64,000 nt of DNA, taken from positions 32,001-96,000 of the forward strand of contig DAHVQG010000003.1 of the NCBI GenBank assembly GCA_027317865.1, given 5' to 3'. The position numbers and the translations under genes were made by a program. Below the pieces are notes generated by a model. It worked only from the letters and a program-made list of their open reading frames with translations. It did not search any database and was not told the origin of the DNA. Position 1 is the first letter of the stretch. Every line of letters starts with the position of its first letter. Positions 1 through 9,691 of the stretch are shown in pieces. The stretch comes from Bdellovibrionales bacterium (lineage in GTDB: Bacteria; Bdellovibrionota; Bdellovibrionia; Bdellovibrionales; UBA1609).

Positions 1-137
1 TTGAACTATTAAACCTACGTTAACACACAACACTGGCATTCCCAACATGCATATCCAGATAAACAAGCTAATTGTAGATTTTCAGCGCTTAGCTTAAACA
101 AATCGGGAACATACATTTATCGGACAAAGGTCAGCAA

Positions 138-368
138 TCAGCTAAGATTCTTGCGCTTCTTTATTTGCTCGAGACCTAATTCGAGTGCGCGAAGAAAGAC
201 TGCGTTCTTCTTCAAATTAATCCGACGATACTCCGGCTGGGCCTTTAGAAGTGTTAGTACCGATTCAAATTCCGACACGAATGACTGCTTCTCTTCCTTT
301 GCCACTCTATAACCGAGCATTGGATAGTTAGCATTGATGTCAGCGCTCTTCTTTTTTCGACTTCCCAT
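138..368 (-). CDS. Small basic hypothetical protein, possible DNA-binding regulator
   Basis: 76-aa K/R-rich ORF, divergent from 451. Confidence 0.5.
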   Translation of the reverse strand: MGSRKKKSADINANYPMLGYRVAKEEKQSFVSEFESVLTLLKAQPEYRRINLKKNAVFLRALELGLEQIKKRKNLS

Positions 369-416
369 AACCTAATTATTATATAATTTGCTAATAAAAA
401 TACACTAATTATAGGC

Positions 417-444
417 TAACGTTTAGGTCTGTTTCCGCCGATAA
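417..444 (+). promoter_or_regulatory. sigma28/FliA-type promoter
   Basis: TAAC-N16-GCCGATAA, with ATG 6 nt downstream at 451. Confidence 0.55.
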
Positions 445-450
445 GTAACT

Positions 451-639
451 ATGTCAAAAACCTATAGGGAGTCACATATGACGTATTTAAAAAGAATTGA
501 GCGCGAACTGATACTCGATTGGCATAGGTTGCAGCTTGAGACGGTGCCAGCTCTTAAAGCAGCTGCCCTGAGGGCTTACAACATAAAGTGGGCTCTTTAT
601 CGCAGATCGAAAACGTGGAGCCTTGAATTGGCTCAATAA
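451..639 (+). CDS. Small hypothetical protein (start 451 or 478)
   Basis: ORF track; GGGAG precedes the ATG at 478. Confidence 0.45.
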   Translation: MSKTYRESHMTYLKRIERELILDWHRLQLETVPALKAAALRAYNIKWALYRRSKTWSLELAQ

Positions 640-819
640 CTGCGAGATCTATGAGGATCCCGTCCGAGAATCCATCAGAGATCCACCAACCTCGACCTGA
701 AAGCGTCCCGCATCAGCCGGGAAGTACAGGGAATTCACTTTTGAATGATATCGATAAGTAACCGAATTCCGTGTCACTCAAAAAATCCCCAGCCCTGTAA
801 CTCCTGGAAATTACTCAGC

Positions 820-1046
820 TGGAGGAAAATGGTGGAGGATCGGGGAGATGCCCCTAAACTTTCTTCTCCACATCGACATGCATACAGTGGAGAAATTAAC
901 TGAAATCTTAGGGGCTTAGCAAGTCAGAAAAACCTAGCTAAGGAGGTTTGCCATGTATCTGACGCCCCGAAAATTCTCGCCGCCGCGATTTTATCTGGAG
1001 AAGAATCCGATTTCGTGGAGAAGAATTCTTCTCCCTCTAAATCGCG
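820..1046. repeat. Array of TGGAGAAGAA-type direct and inverted repeats
   Basis: TGGAGAAGAAT at 996 and 1016; perfect 18-bp palindrome GGAGAAGAATTCTTCTCC at 1017-1034; inverted copy at 861-870; stems 850-857/908-915 and 864-871/887-894. Confidence 0.7.
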
Positions 1047-1114
1047 CTGGCTACGTGCCCACTAAGCAACGCTTACCAGTTATTTACATCGTGCTTAGTT
1101 GGAGGGCCTAGATC

Positions 1115-1525
1115 ATGCATGAAATCAACTCGTTAAATGAATTGTCGACCGTCACGCCGGCCAGTAAGCGCACCGCTCGCGTGATTATGAGCGACGAAGC
1201 ACGAGTTTTACGGGATCTGCGCGAGGCGCGCGGACTTTCCATGAGAGCGCTCGGCGCTTTGATGGGAAAATCCGACAGCTACATTAGCCAGGTCGAAAAC
1301 GGCCGAATGGACGTACCGACAGGCGCGGCGCTTGAAAGATATCTCACCGCCATCGGCGGAATCAATGAGAGGAGCTTTTACGAGCGCGTTCGTCGCTTTC
1401 GTCTGGATGCCGGTCCTTCTTACCGCGACGAACTCATTGAAATTGCGAAAAGGGCGACAGATGCACAAACAAAGCAGATTTTAATTTTAGCAAAGACGAT
1501 TTTGGCAACCCCAATAAATTTTTAA
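1115..1525 (+). CDS. XRE-family helix-turn-helix regulator
   Basis: LRDLREARGLSMRALGALMGKSDSYISQVENG matches the HTH_3 pattern. Confidence 0.9.
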   Translation: MHEINSLNELSTVTPASKRTARVIMSDEARVLRDLREARGLSMRALGALMGKSDSYISQVENGRMDVPTGAALERYLTAIGGINERSFYERVRRFRLDAGPSYRDELIEIAKRATDAQTKQILILAKTILATPINF

Positions 1526-1537
1526 TCGGAGGCAATT

Positions 1538-1723
1538 ATGAATACATTAATCGACTGGATACTTACCTTGGTTTCGGTCGCAGTCATTGGTGTCGGCGGA
1601 ACATACACCGTGAAGCGGGCGTTTACGTGGAGTCGCACGGCTGCTCTCGAAAAAGTGGCACATGGACTCGGGCAACTAGAACCAGCGGCGCAAAAAATGA
1701 CCGGAGGTAAACTCGACTTCTAG
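1538..1723 (+). CDS. Small single-TM hypothetical protein
   Basis: GGAGG RBS; hydrophobic N-terminus. Confidence 0.6.
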   Translation: MNTLIDWILTLVSVAVIGVGGTYTVKRAFTWSRTAALEKVAHGLGQLEPAAQKMTGGKLDF

Positions 1724-1785
1724 ATAAGCGAAACGCTGGATGGTCCATAGGTCGGATATAACCAAATTCATTAAAGAGAGAGACT

Positions 1786-2142
1786 ATGGGCAAATTTAAA
1801 CAAATGATGCTTGATGAAGAAACAAGCATTCAATCGGCGAGAAGATTCCATGCCGCAATGGCAGTTTTAAATGCTGACAAAGACCTGAAGCGCAAAGTAT
1901 TACCCTTTGTCGATTTTGCGTTGGAACAAATTGATTGGAACGATTTGTACGATGAGAGTTTTAGCTTGAAGGAATTGGCCACACTCGTTTGGGTCAAGGC
2001 CATATGGTACAATCAGGTTAAGACAGCACGCGATCCCTTCGATGTTGCTTACGTAATGGACAGCGACTTACAGAATGCGGTGCTTGAGGCCCTTGCGATC
2101 CGATGGGGCTTGATGGATTCGTTCGCAGAGGGGGCCGCCTAA
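1786..2142 (+). CDS. Hypothetical protein
   Basis: 118-aa ORF; stop overlaps the resolvase start (TAATG). Confidence 0.65.
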   Translation: MGKFKQMMLDEETSIQSARRFHAAMAVLNADKDLKRKVLPFVDFALEQIDWNDLYDESFSLKELATLVWVKAIWYNQVKTARDPFDVAYVMDSDLQNAVLEALAIRWGLMDSFAEGAA

Positions 2143-2837
2143 TGAACGAACGCAAAGTATGCCTCTACGCGAGAGTGAGCACCGATCAGCAGGCCACAGG
2201 CCTTGAGGCCCAAGTGCGTGCACTAAAAGAATATTGTCGACTAAATAATATCACGCAGTACGAGCTTTACGCTGACGAAGGGATTAGCGGAACAAAGAAC
2301 AGTCGTCCGGCGCTCGACCGCATGATGGCCGAAGTCAGAACTGGCAACGTTGAAACTGTTGTTGTATATTCGTTTTCGAGATTCGCGAGAAGTACAACGC
2401 ATCTTCTTGCAGGGCTTGAAGACATGAAGAAAAACAATACGAATTTTTCGTCGCTTACCGAGCGCATCGATACGAATTCCCCCATTGGAAAAGCCGTGTT
2501 TGTGATCATTTCGGCCATCGCGCAGCTCGAACGCGACTTAATAGCCGAGAGAGTCAAAAATGGTTTAGCCAACGCTCGCGCAAAGGGGCGCTTGATTGGT
2601 AGAAAGAAACTTCGCGATTCAGATTTAATCCGAAAACTTTTAAAGAGTGGGTTAAGTTATCGTGCCTGTGCAGTCATCGCAAAATGTTCGCACGGAAGTA
2701 TCCACCAGGAAAAACTGGCGATGAAACGCGATGAAGCAAAGGCGAAAGAACTCGCGGAACAACAAGCAAAAGAAGAGGCTCTAAAATTGAGTCAAGCAAT
2801 CGAAACTGCTGCACAGTTTCCAGCTCCGGCAGCGTAA
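2142..2837 (+). CDS. Serine recombinase, resolvase/invertase family
   Basis: YARVSTDQQ, DEGISG, RPAL, SRFARS and AQLERDLIAERVKNGL motifs. Confidence 0.95.
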   Translation: MNERKVCLYARVSTDQQATGLEAQVRALKEYCRLNNITQYELYADEGISGTKNSRPALDRMMAEVRTGNVETVVVYSFSRFARSTTHLLAGLEDMKKNNTNFSSLTERIDTNSPIGKAVFVIISAIAQLERDLIAERVKNGLANARAKGRLIGRKKLRDSDLIRKLLKSGLSYRACAVIAKCSHGSIHQEKLAMKRDEAKAKELAEQQAKEEALKLSQAIETAAQFPAPAA

Positions 2838-2861
2838 CAGTTCATTTGGTTTGAAAATCAG

Positions 2862-2888
2862 AAGGGTCCCGACTGGGACCCTTTTTTT
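2862..2888 (+). terminator. Rho-independent terminator
   Basis: AAGGGTCCC-GACT-GGGACCCTT followed by a T-run. Confidence 0.85.
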
Positions 2889-3277
2889 GCAGGCCAACCG
2901 CTCGGCAAACCTGGTTTTAAATCGCGTCGCTACCGAATGCGGCCATTTAGTTCGCGCCAACAAATTCAGTCAATTAGCCTGCAATCAGTTTTTCGGCGCC
3001 TGCCTGTGTTTGAAGTGGTTTTGATAACACACCTGCCAAACAAATTTTGATTTTCCTAAACGATTTAAACGGTTACTGAGGAAAAATTTAGATCGAGATT
3101 TGTGTAGATTTCATAAATTTCTGCTCGACCGCGTGAGTTTTAATCCATTTAATTTTCATGAATGCTCTCAATTCATGGTTTTCAAATTCTCGAAAAATTA
3201 CTCTGGTCTCGCTACAGTTGTAATCCATCTTGATTAAAAGCCAATGCAAAACTTGTCACAGAAAAATTTTAGTTTCT

Positions 3278-4381
3278 TTAATGTTTGCTAAAATTCGCGT
3301 TTAGCCAGTTAATATTCAGCACTACGGAAGCCTCAACAGGCTCAATCATACCGGCGATTACCATTCCGATCACTTGGCCATTTGAATTGAGTACTGGGCT
3401 CCCGCTGCCCCCAAAATATTCAGCGTTTGTAAATTGCAGCCTTTCTCCATTCAAATTTTGCTTTGGATACCCAGGTACTTCCATTGGTTTGCCAGAAGAA
3501 ATGACCAAGACCCGCCCTGGCGCGTCTTTTGCGCCAATTTTCGCAAATACATGTGTGCTATTCGGATATCCTATTTCATAAGTCCTCGACTGATCGGTTA
3601 GTTGAGTATTATGAGCCATGACAAGTGGCTTTGCGTTTAATGGAGCATCCAAACTAATTTTGATGAATTCCTTGGCAAAATCCTCATCTGTATCTTGAGG
3701 TGTGGTTGTCCAATATGAACGATCAGAGTCACTCGCATCTAACATTGCCTCCCCCGAAGTTTTTACTAAAACTTTATTTTTATAGAGCAATACCGGAATT
3801 CGAATTTGTGCTAACGAAAGGCTTGGATTGTCATTTAGCGTGGTCTTAACCCAGTGGTGAATCGTGTGGGCAGCTGTTGCTAATGTCGATGAATTTCCAG
3901 TTAACCATGCAGTGCCGTCACCTTTTTCCGCAAAGATCGGGCAATTTGAAATCTTCTGATTAAGACAATTTTTAATTTGTAAATTAACCCACTCGTTATT
4001 TGTTTGCATTGCGGGGGCAGGTAAATGCCATATAACGGCTTTACCCTTGGGATACACGATTTCAAAGATTGATTTCTGAACGTTATGAACCCAACCCAGT
4101 TTACTTGAATGTATTTGTCCGGGTTTTCGAAAACCAGTCCAGTTGAGTAGGTCGGACTGCAATTGCATAACACTTTTTTGGAGTGATCTTTGTGCACCGG
4201 ATTCACAATTGCAAAACACCCCTATTTGCGCCGAAGTGGCTTCCAGCGACGGGCCAAAACTACGTCCACTGGTCGAAAAGAGAGTTAATAAAATAATGCC
4301 ACTAGTTCCGGCTGCTTTTAAAACACTCATAAACTCTGTAAAGTAGCAATATTTGAGCCGTAAGTTTATCAATAATTTCAT
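3278..4381 (-). CDS. Secreted trypsin-like serine protease
   Basis: TAAH and GGSGSPVLN..G.VIG motifs; true start probably downstream. Confidence 0.8.
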   Translation of the reverse strand: MKLLINLRLKYCYFTEFMSVLKAAGTSGIILLTLFSTSGRSFGPSLEATSAQIGVFCNCESGAQRSLQKSVMQLQSDLLNWTGFRKPGQIHSSKLGWVHNVQKSIFEIVYPKGKAVIWHLPAPAMQTNNEWVNLQIKNCLNQKISNCPIFAEKGDGTAWLTGNSSTLATAAHTIHHWVKTTLNDNPSLSLAQIRIPVLLYKNKVLVKTSGEAMLDASDSDRSYWTTTPQDTDEDFAKEFIKISLDAPLNAKPLVMAHNTQLTDQSRTYEIGYPNSTHVFAKIGAKDAPGRVLVISSGKPMEVPGYPKQNLNGERLQFTNAEYFGGSGSPVLNSNGQVIGMVIAGMIEPVEASVVLNINWLNANFSKH

Positions 4382-4464
4382 TTACTTAAATAACCCATTC
4401 GGGCTTTAGATGGTTAATTGTCACTTTTCTGACAAATCTTTTGACAGACATCTAACGCCAGATA

Positions 4465-4493
4465 TTGCTATATGCATATATATATGGCACAAT
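4465..4493 (+). promoter_or_regulatory. sigma70-like promoter of the TA pair with a palindromic operator
   Basis: TTGCTA-N17-CACAAT overlapping the perfect palindrome TATATGCATATA (4469-4480). Confidence 0.55.
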
Positions 4494-4502
4494 GACCTTG
4501 AT

Positions 4503-4754
4503 ATGCCAACGGTTCTGAAGATCATAAACCTCATTTTTATTATCCACACCAAGGACCATGGATATCCGCACGTGACAGTTTATCGTGGTACGCCCGAAAA
4601 CCATGATGCTTATGCCAAGGTGAGATTAGACGAGATTGAGGTCATCGAGCTTCGAGGATTTAAAGCATCGGCTGAGGCAGTCATTTTAGAAATAGTATCC
4701 AAAAACCAAGACGACTGGCTGGAGGTATGGAATGAAACACGCGAGACAAAATAA
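4503..4754 (+). CDS. DUF4160-like putative toxin
   Basis: MPTVL..FIIHTKDHGYPHVTV..AKVRL..EVW pattern. Confidence 0.75.
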   Translation: MPTVLKIINLIFIIHTKDHGYPHVTVYRGTPENHDAYAKVRLDEIEVIELRGFKASAEAVILEIVSKNQDDWLEVWNETRETK

Positions 4755-4998
4755 AAAAATAAAGCATGGCGATGTCGAACTGGGCACCGAATATCTTGAC
4801 CCGAAGAACCAGAAACATCGAGTTACATTTTGGATGGATGGCGATCTTAAGGAAGAACTTATTCGACAAGCCAATGAGGTTGGTGCAGGTTATCAAACCT
4901 ACATGCACAAGCTTTTGAGGGACGCTGCCTTTAAACACCAATCCCTCGGTGATCGTGTCGAAAAACTTGAAAAAGCATTGAAGAGTAAGACTGGTTAA
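4732..4998 (+). CDS. Putative antitoxin, BrnA/CopG-like ribbon-helix-helix
   Basis: RVTFWMDGDL..GYQTYMHKLLR; overlaps the upstream gene. Confidence 0.75.
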   Translation: MKHARQNKKIKHGDVELGTEYLDPKNQKHRVTFWMDGDLKEELIRQANEVGAGYQTYMHKLLRDAAFKHQSLGDRVEKLEKALKSKTG

Positions 4999-5238
4999 TT
5001 TAGCACTGACTTTTAGTCGGCTTTTCAATACGCCGGCGCGAATCCTAACAGCTCGACGGAATAAAAATAGCCATCTGCCCGGCAGATTCGCAGCCATGCG
5101 ATCTCACTCAAACAAGTGAAATCTGGTCATGTGAAAATTTTCCCACGCGAATCAATCAAATTAATTTGGATTCGAACACCGTACAGAAGAAATACCCATT
5201 GCATTTAATGTCTAAACAGTTCTATAAGGTGAACAGTT

Positions 5239-5661
5239 ATGAAAAATTGGCTTAGCCGCTTTTTGACCCCAAAAAATCAGAATTCTGGCACAAGTTCAGC
5301 GCCGTCTGCACCCCAAGAGTTACTTAATTTTGGAGATCGACCTTATTCCTTTGATGACGACAAAGATGAGTATTTCGCTTTCGGCGAAACGCAATTTTCG
5401 GTTTTAGCTCACGAACCCGGTTTGAGCACAGCGGATGCGGATGGGCCTCGAGTTGAACATGTACACCTTGAAAGAGTAATTGACCTGACTGAACCAAAGA
5501 CGCTGGCTCAATTCAAAATTACGCGCGACGAATTAATACATAAATCAAAAAATTGCGTGCAACTTGCAATTGGCGATGCGGCTCGTAGACGCGGCTTTCA
5601 GGCCCTCATCGTACCGACTCCAAGGGTTAAAGACGGAAAAGTCCTAGTACTGTTTAAATAA
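5239..5661 (+). CDS. Degenerate RES-domain protein
   Basis: VIDLT..Q.IGDAARRRGFQALIVP..R..G.VLVLF resembles the RES C-terminal half. Confidence 0.65.
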   Translation: MKNWLSRFLTPKNQNSGTSSAPSAPQELLNFGDRPYSFDDDKDEYFAFGETQFSVLAHEPGLSTADADGPRVEHVHLERVIDLTEPKTLAQFKITRDELIHKSKNCVQLAIGDAARRRGFQALIVPTPRVKDGKVLVLFK

Positions 5662-6082
5662 TCTTCTATTTGTTTATCGTTTAACAATTGTTGGGTTCAC
5701 ATTGCCGTATCGAAAACAAATCTTACCTGGCATACACGCGATCTGATGAAAACCGATGTTATGACCGAGCTGATGGGGACGACTCCCATGCGGATAGGCA
5801 TTCCATATAAAAGGACGTGCGCCGAATTCTCGTCCCCACGTGCGTGGTCAGTAAGCGGCGGATATTGACCGGAGCGGTGACTTTGAATTGAAGACCAACA
5901 TCGGGGTCAAAGTTCGATTTTGGGCGAAGTCTTTTGAAATCGCCACAGTACCACGCCGACTTTAAGCTGCGTTTTCCTGACCAAAGCTAAAATCTCTACT
6001 TATGACGTTGCTCAGATTCACACAGTTACTTTGGACAGGTCGACGTTTGACCATCTTGAACGATAGCGTAAACCCTGCGTAA

Positions 6083-7678
6083 TCAGCGGTATTGACGAAG
6101 CCGCCCGGCATGTTGAAGCGGTGTTTCGATTTCGTCGCTTTCGGCTAACCAGTTGAGAGACATTAGAAGGTAGGACCTTGGGTCGAGATCGTTTTTCTTA
6201 CACGATTCGATAATTGTGAACAGCGTCGCCGCCGTGTCGGCGCCAGTGTGGGAACCCGAGCCATAATAATTTTTCCGACCGATCACCGCATGGCGGATCG
6301 TTCGCTCGGCTTCGTTATTTGAGAGCGGGATTCTCGTATCGGTCAAAAATAACTCAAAGCCAGGCCAACGCTTACTGATGTACAAAATGGCCTTTCTCTT
6401 TTGCGATCCTTCGCGGGATTTCGGGTATTCATCGAGTAGAAGCTCTTTCAAGTCTCGAACCACCTGGGCACTCTCTGTTGCACGAAGCCCCTTAAGCTCT
6501 GAAAAATTCTTAGCTCGACGCTCGATTTTAAATAATTCATCGATGAGATTTAAAATTGGCGTGACAGTCGGGTCGTGTGATTCGATTTTAAAAAACTCGC
6601 GCCGGGCATGTGCCCAGCAATAAGCATGCGGGATCTTCGCCTCGTCTAAAACTCCGTTATACGTTTCAAGACCATCCGTCACGACGGGCCCCTTATAGCC
6701 CCGCATCTTCTCCATTAAAATTTTTGCCGATCGGGTGGGCTTAAAAAAGTAGTAGCTCCCACATCGATTCGAGATCACCCACATAAAACCATCTCGCTCA
6801 TTTTTATTTTGGATCCCCCAGGGAGTTTCATCGATATGTAGAGCCGTGTCGCTTTCTAAAAGCTCCGATAATATCGCCTCTTGTATCGGCTCAAGTGCCG
6901 AAGCCGCGACAGCGCACAGGCGAGATAGCGTCGAGTTCTGTATACCCTTAAGACCGAGCGATTCCATCTGCCGAACTTGCCGCTCAAGCGGGATGTGGCT
7001 GATATATTTATCCGCCACAACTGACGCCACAAAATCTGTCGTATAGTTCATGCCAGGCATTAGCCCCGGCACAGATGCCGTCAAAATCACATCCTTGTCG
7101 CCGACCTGCACCGTGTAATGCTCCTTGAGCTTATACTTTTTTTTCTTAAAGACTTTTTTGATGTAGCGCCGCTCGATGATTTCAATTTGAGTCAGCCGCT
7201 CAAAAGTGTTCGGGATCTCTTCCCATAAATCCGACCATTTTTCTAAATCGTGCTTTTCGATTCCGCGAAGACGCCCCTCTTCTTCGAACTCACCCTCATT
7301 CATCGACACTTCGATTTCTTGCGTGTCCAAATCCGCAAAGCGGGTTTTGATCGTTTGACCCGATTCATCTCGAACTTCGTCCGTTGGGAACATGGCTTGG
7401 CTAAAAAGTAAGTTATCGCGCTGGCTTTTCGTCCTCGGTCGATCACTCGCATCGGCTCGTTTCTCACGACTGCGGCCAAAAATCGACCGGCGGATCAGCT
7501 TTAGCCTTTCTTCGATAGTAAAACTTCTCTGATCGCGCTTTGCCTGTTCGTCCCGCAGATGTTTGATTTCGTTTTTTTGCCCCTCAATGTGCTCGGCCAT
7601 GTCGGCCATGAGGGCCGCGACAACGTCTGGATGTTCGTTCTTTACGATTTGCTTCATTCGCTCTTTAACGTCCATCAC
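6083..7678 (-). CDS. tnpC: IS66 transposase TnpC
   Basis: HIDETPW, CWAHARREF and SNNEAERTIR..VIGRKN motifs. Confidence 0.95.
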   Translation of the reverse strand: MMDVKERMKQIVKNEHPDVVAALMADMAEHIEGQKNEIKHLRDEQAKRDQRSFTIEERLKLIRRSIFGRSREKRADASDRPRTKSQRDNLLFSQAMFPTDEVRDESGQTIKTRFADLDTQEIEVSMNEGEFEEEGRLRGIEKHDLEKWSDLWEEIPNTFERLTQIEIIERRYIKKVFKKKKYKLKEHYTVQVGDKDVILTASVPGLMPGMNYTTDFVASVVADKYISHIPLERQVRQMESLGLKGIQNSTLSRLCAVAASALEPIQEAILSELLESDTALHIDETPWGIQNKNERDGFMWVISNRCGSYYFFKPTRSAKILMEKMRGYKGPVVTDGLETYNGVLDEAKIPHAYCWAHARREFFKIESHDPTVTPILNLIDELFKIERRAKNFSELKGLRATESAQVVRDLKELLLDEYPKSREGSQKRKAILYISKRWPGFELFLTDTRIPLSNNEAERTIRHAVIGRKNYYGSGSHTGADTAATLFTIIESCKKNDLDPRSYLLMSLNWLAESDEIETPLQHAGRLRQYR

Positions 7679-8095
7679 TTACAATGATGGTGCCATTCCA
7701 ACCGGCAATGCAAATGACTCCCGTTGCGTCACTGATTTTTGTGATTCTGATTTTTGCGGTACAAACGAACGATCAATGAGTGGCCCACGCAAAACACTTC
7801 CGTGAACGATCAATTTTAATTCCTGTAAACTGATTTCGGCTCTACCTAAAAGTTCGGCGTGCGACATAAACCCGCCACGCTCCATTCGCTTTGCAATCAG
7901 CACAAGCCCCGAACCGTCGTAAATTAGTAACTTGAGTCGTCTTCGATTCTTGCCAAAAAAGATATACACATGCCCTTGGTTCATCTCGGCTCCCAAATGA
8001 TGTACGCAAAAACTCAAAAGCTTTTCAAACCCCGCGCGCATGTCGATCGGCTCACGATAAACAAAAACCCGCATGCCACGTTTATCAAAAAACAT
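7679..8095 (-). CDS. tnpB: IS66 accessory protein TnpB
   Basis: PIDMRAGFEKL..KLLIYDGSGLVLIAKRMERG. Confidence 0.95.
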   Translation of the reverse strand: MFFDKRGMRVFVYREPIDMRAGFEKLLSFCVHHLGAEMNQGHVYIFFGKNRRRLKLLIYDGSGLVLIAKRMERGGFMSHAELLGRAEISLQELKLIVHGSVLRGPLIDRSFVPQKSESQKSVTQRESFALPVGMAPSL

Positions 8096-8492
8096 CGCGA
8101 CCTCCGCACGCCGTCAATACATCGATGACCATTGCGGCCGGCAACCCCTCGATCAAATACCCATCAGGTGTTGTAACTGTCACAGTTACAAATGCCGCCC
8201 CCTGAATTGGCCGGGCGTCTGTATCCGTCACAGATACAGATCTGCTCTTGGCTATGGTTAGCTGCTTAAAGCCTTCCGCCTTTGACTTTGACCGCCAGGC
8301 GTAAACCGAGTCGGTTGAAATGCCGACAAGCTCCGCCGCCCCTTTGACCGACCCCACGAGTTCACAAAGTTTCATCACGCGATCTTTGATCGCGCGCGGC
8401 CACACTCGACGACGGTTGGCTCCGACTTCCGCTTCATATTGTGCGCGGATTTGTCTTATCTCATTCGCTAAAATTTTAATCTCGGAATTCAT
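8085..8492 (-). CDS. tnpA: IS66 accessory protein TnpA (HTH)
   Basis: HTH with SVYAWR; first gene of the IS66 triad. Confidence 0.85.
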   Translation of the reverse strand: MNSEIKILANEIRQIRAQYEAEVGANRRRVWPRAIKDRVMKLCELVGSVKGAAELVGISTDSVYAWRSKSKAEGFKQLTIAKSRSVSVTDTDARPIQGAAFVTVTVTTPDGYLIEGLPAAMVIDVLTACGGRDVF

Positions 8493-8633
8493 CGCGCCGG
8501 AGTATCGCCGAAAACCGGGAGCCTTAATAGACGTGAATTACGCCGGGGTTACACGATAGCGCCGTTACCTACGGCAAGCGACGCGAACTACATCTTTTAC
8601 GTCGGCAAATTGAACACAAATCAAGATGGTTGG

Positions 8634-9395
8634 CTATTTATCAGTTAACAGATGCGGACAACTATTCAAATAGGCCGAGAGTCGCTGCCGATAAGGCACG
8701 ATTGATTCATCGAAATACCTTCCCCAATAATTCCAGGGATAACCATTTTTGCTATTGTAAAGTTTAATCCAGGCGGCGCTATTTTCTGGGACGCCCACCC
8801 CCCAAAGTTTAGGTGTCAATTTAATATTTTTTCGTTTTGCCCACGGCAAAATCACTTTCAAATAGAACCGTCTTAACTTGAGAATAGCTGAATATTCTAT
8901 GCGGGCATTATCGAGTACGTATTGACTTCTGGTATAAGTATTGTCCGTTAAGGCTCTTTTGAGTGACTTTTCGAACAGTTTTGCGTTTTCCATGTTAAAT
9001 GCCTCGAAAAAGAAAGTCTTCCAAAGATTTTCAAAGTCCATCGGCATTCCGACAGGACCATCGTGATTATAAGTTGGCGAAATTCGAATGCGTCCAAGTA
9101 TATCTGCTGCTGGATAAGTATGGTTACCGTTCGCGGCTGGAGTCGTTGGGTTGGGGTCCCAAAGGATATGCTTAGATCCATATATTACGAGCGCGTATTT
9201 GAACGGCGCATCGGTCACAAGAAGTTCATGGCGGGCATTATTCGAATCAAAATACGCCGTCATATTTGGTCTATCGTGAAGCATTGCCTCAAGTTGCTCT
9301 TGGCGAACCGACTGAGTTGCAAATGCGGGCCTAACGATGAAAAGCATTAAAATCGGAATCAAAAAATGATAGCGCCCTTTAAACTCCAGAGACAT
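8634..9395 (-). CDS. Secreted hypothetical protein
   Basis: Signal peptide ending in AFA; 253 aa. Confidence 0.7.
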   Translation of the reverse strand: MSLEFKGRYHFLIPILMLFIVRPAFATQSVRQEQLEAMLHDRPNMTAYFDSNNARHELLVTDAPFKYALVIYGSKHILWDPNPTTPAANGNHTYPAADILGRIRISPTYNHDGPVGMPMDFENLWKTFFFEAFNMENAKLFEKSLKRALTDNTYTRSQYVLDNARIEYSAILKLRRFYLKVILPWAKRKNIKLTPKLWGVGVPENSAAWIKLYNSKNGYPWNYWGRYFDESIVPYRQRLSAYLNSCPHLLTDK

Positions 9396-9469
9396 ATTTT
9401 GTATATTACTGGTCCAACGCAGAATTTTAAATATTACTGAAATTTTTCCTCAGCTGTCATTAATGTGGT

Positions 9470-9592
9470 CACTCGGCCGTCGGATACAAGAGCCCAGAGG
9501 AATTCGAAGCGGAGATTTTGAAGACTAAACCAGCCAACCGGCCTGTACAAAAAATCTGGGGCTACGCTGTCTAGTCAAAGGGGCGCATTCCA
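9470..9592 (+). pseudogene. IS3-family remnant (transposase C-terminus plus right IR)
   Basis: Translates HSAVGYKSPEEFEAE.. with stop at 9574, followed by ..GGGGCGCATTCCA ending in CA. Confidence 0.7.
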
Positions 9593-9691
9593 TTCTCCTT
9601 ACCCGAACAGTCACCTCTTGCCATACCTGTTCGGAAAATGCCAATCGGTGTTCAGTAATTCTTAGGGGAATATCTGACCTCAGGGGCGCAG

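Larger units (their letters stand above)
6068..8552 (-). mobile_element. IS66-family insertion sequence, complete (2485 bp)
   Basis: IRs GTAAACCCTGCGTAAT and GTAACCCCGGCGTAAT; 8-bp TSD ACGATAGC at 6060-6067 and 8553-8560; tnpA-tnpB-tnpC. Confidence 0.95.

Noticed and set aside
829-850. TGGTGGAGGAT as an att copy of a tRNA or tmRNA 3' end
   Set aside because: Only about 11 nt resemble it, there is no T-arm, and it does not match the tRNA-Glu target
5690-6000. Hairpin-rich intergenic segment as a retron or riboswitch
   Set aside because: No reverse transcriptase nearby and no recognisable aptamer consensus; the stems are short
6050-8636. Integron attC site at the IS66 target
   Set aside because: Ends do not match RYYYAAC/GTTRRRY and there is no integron integrase
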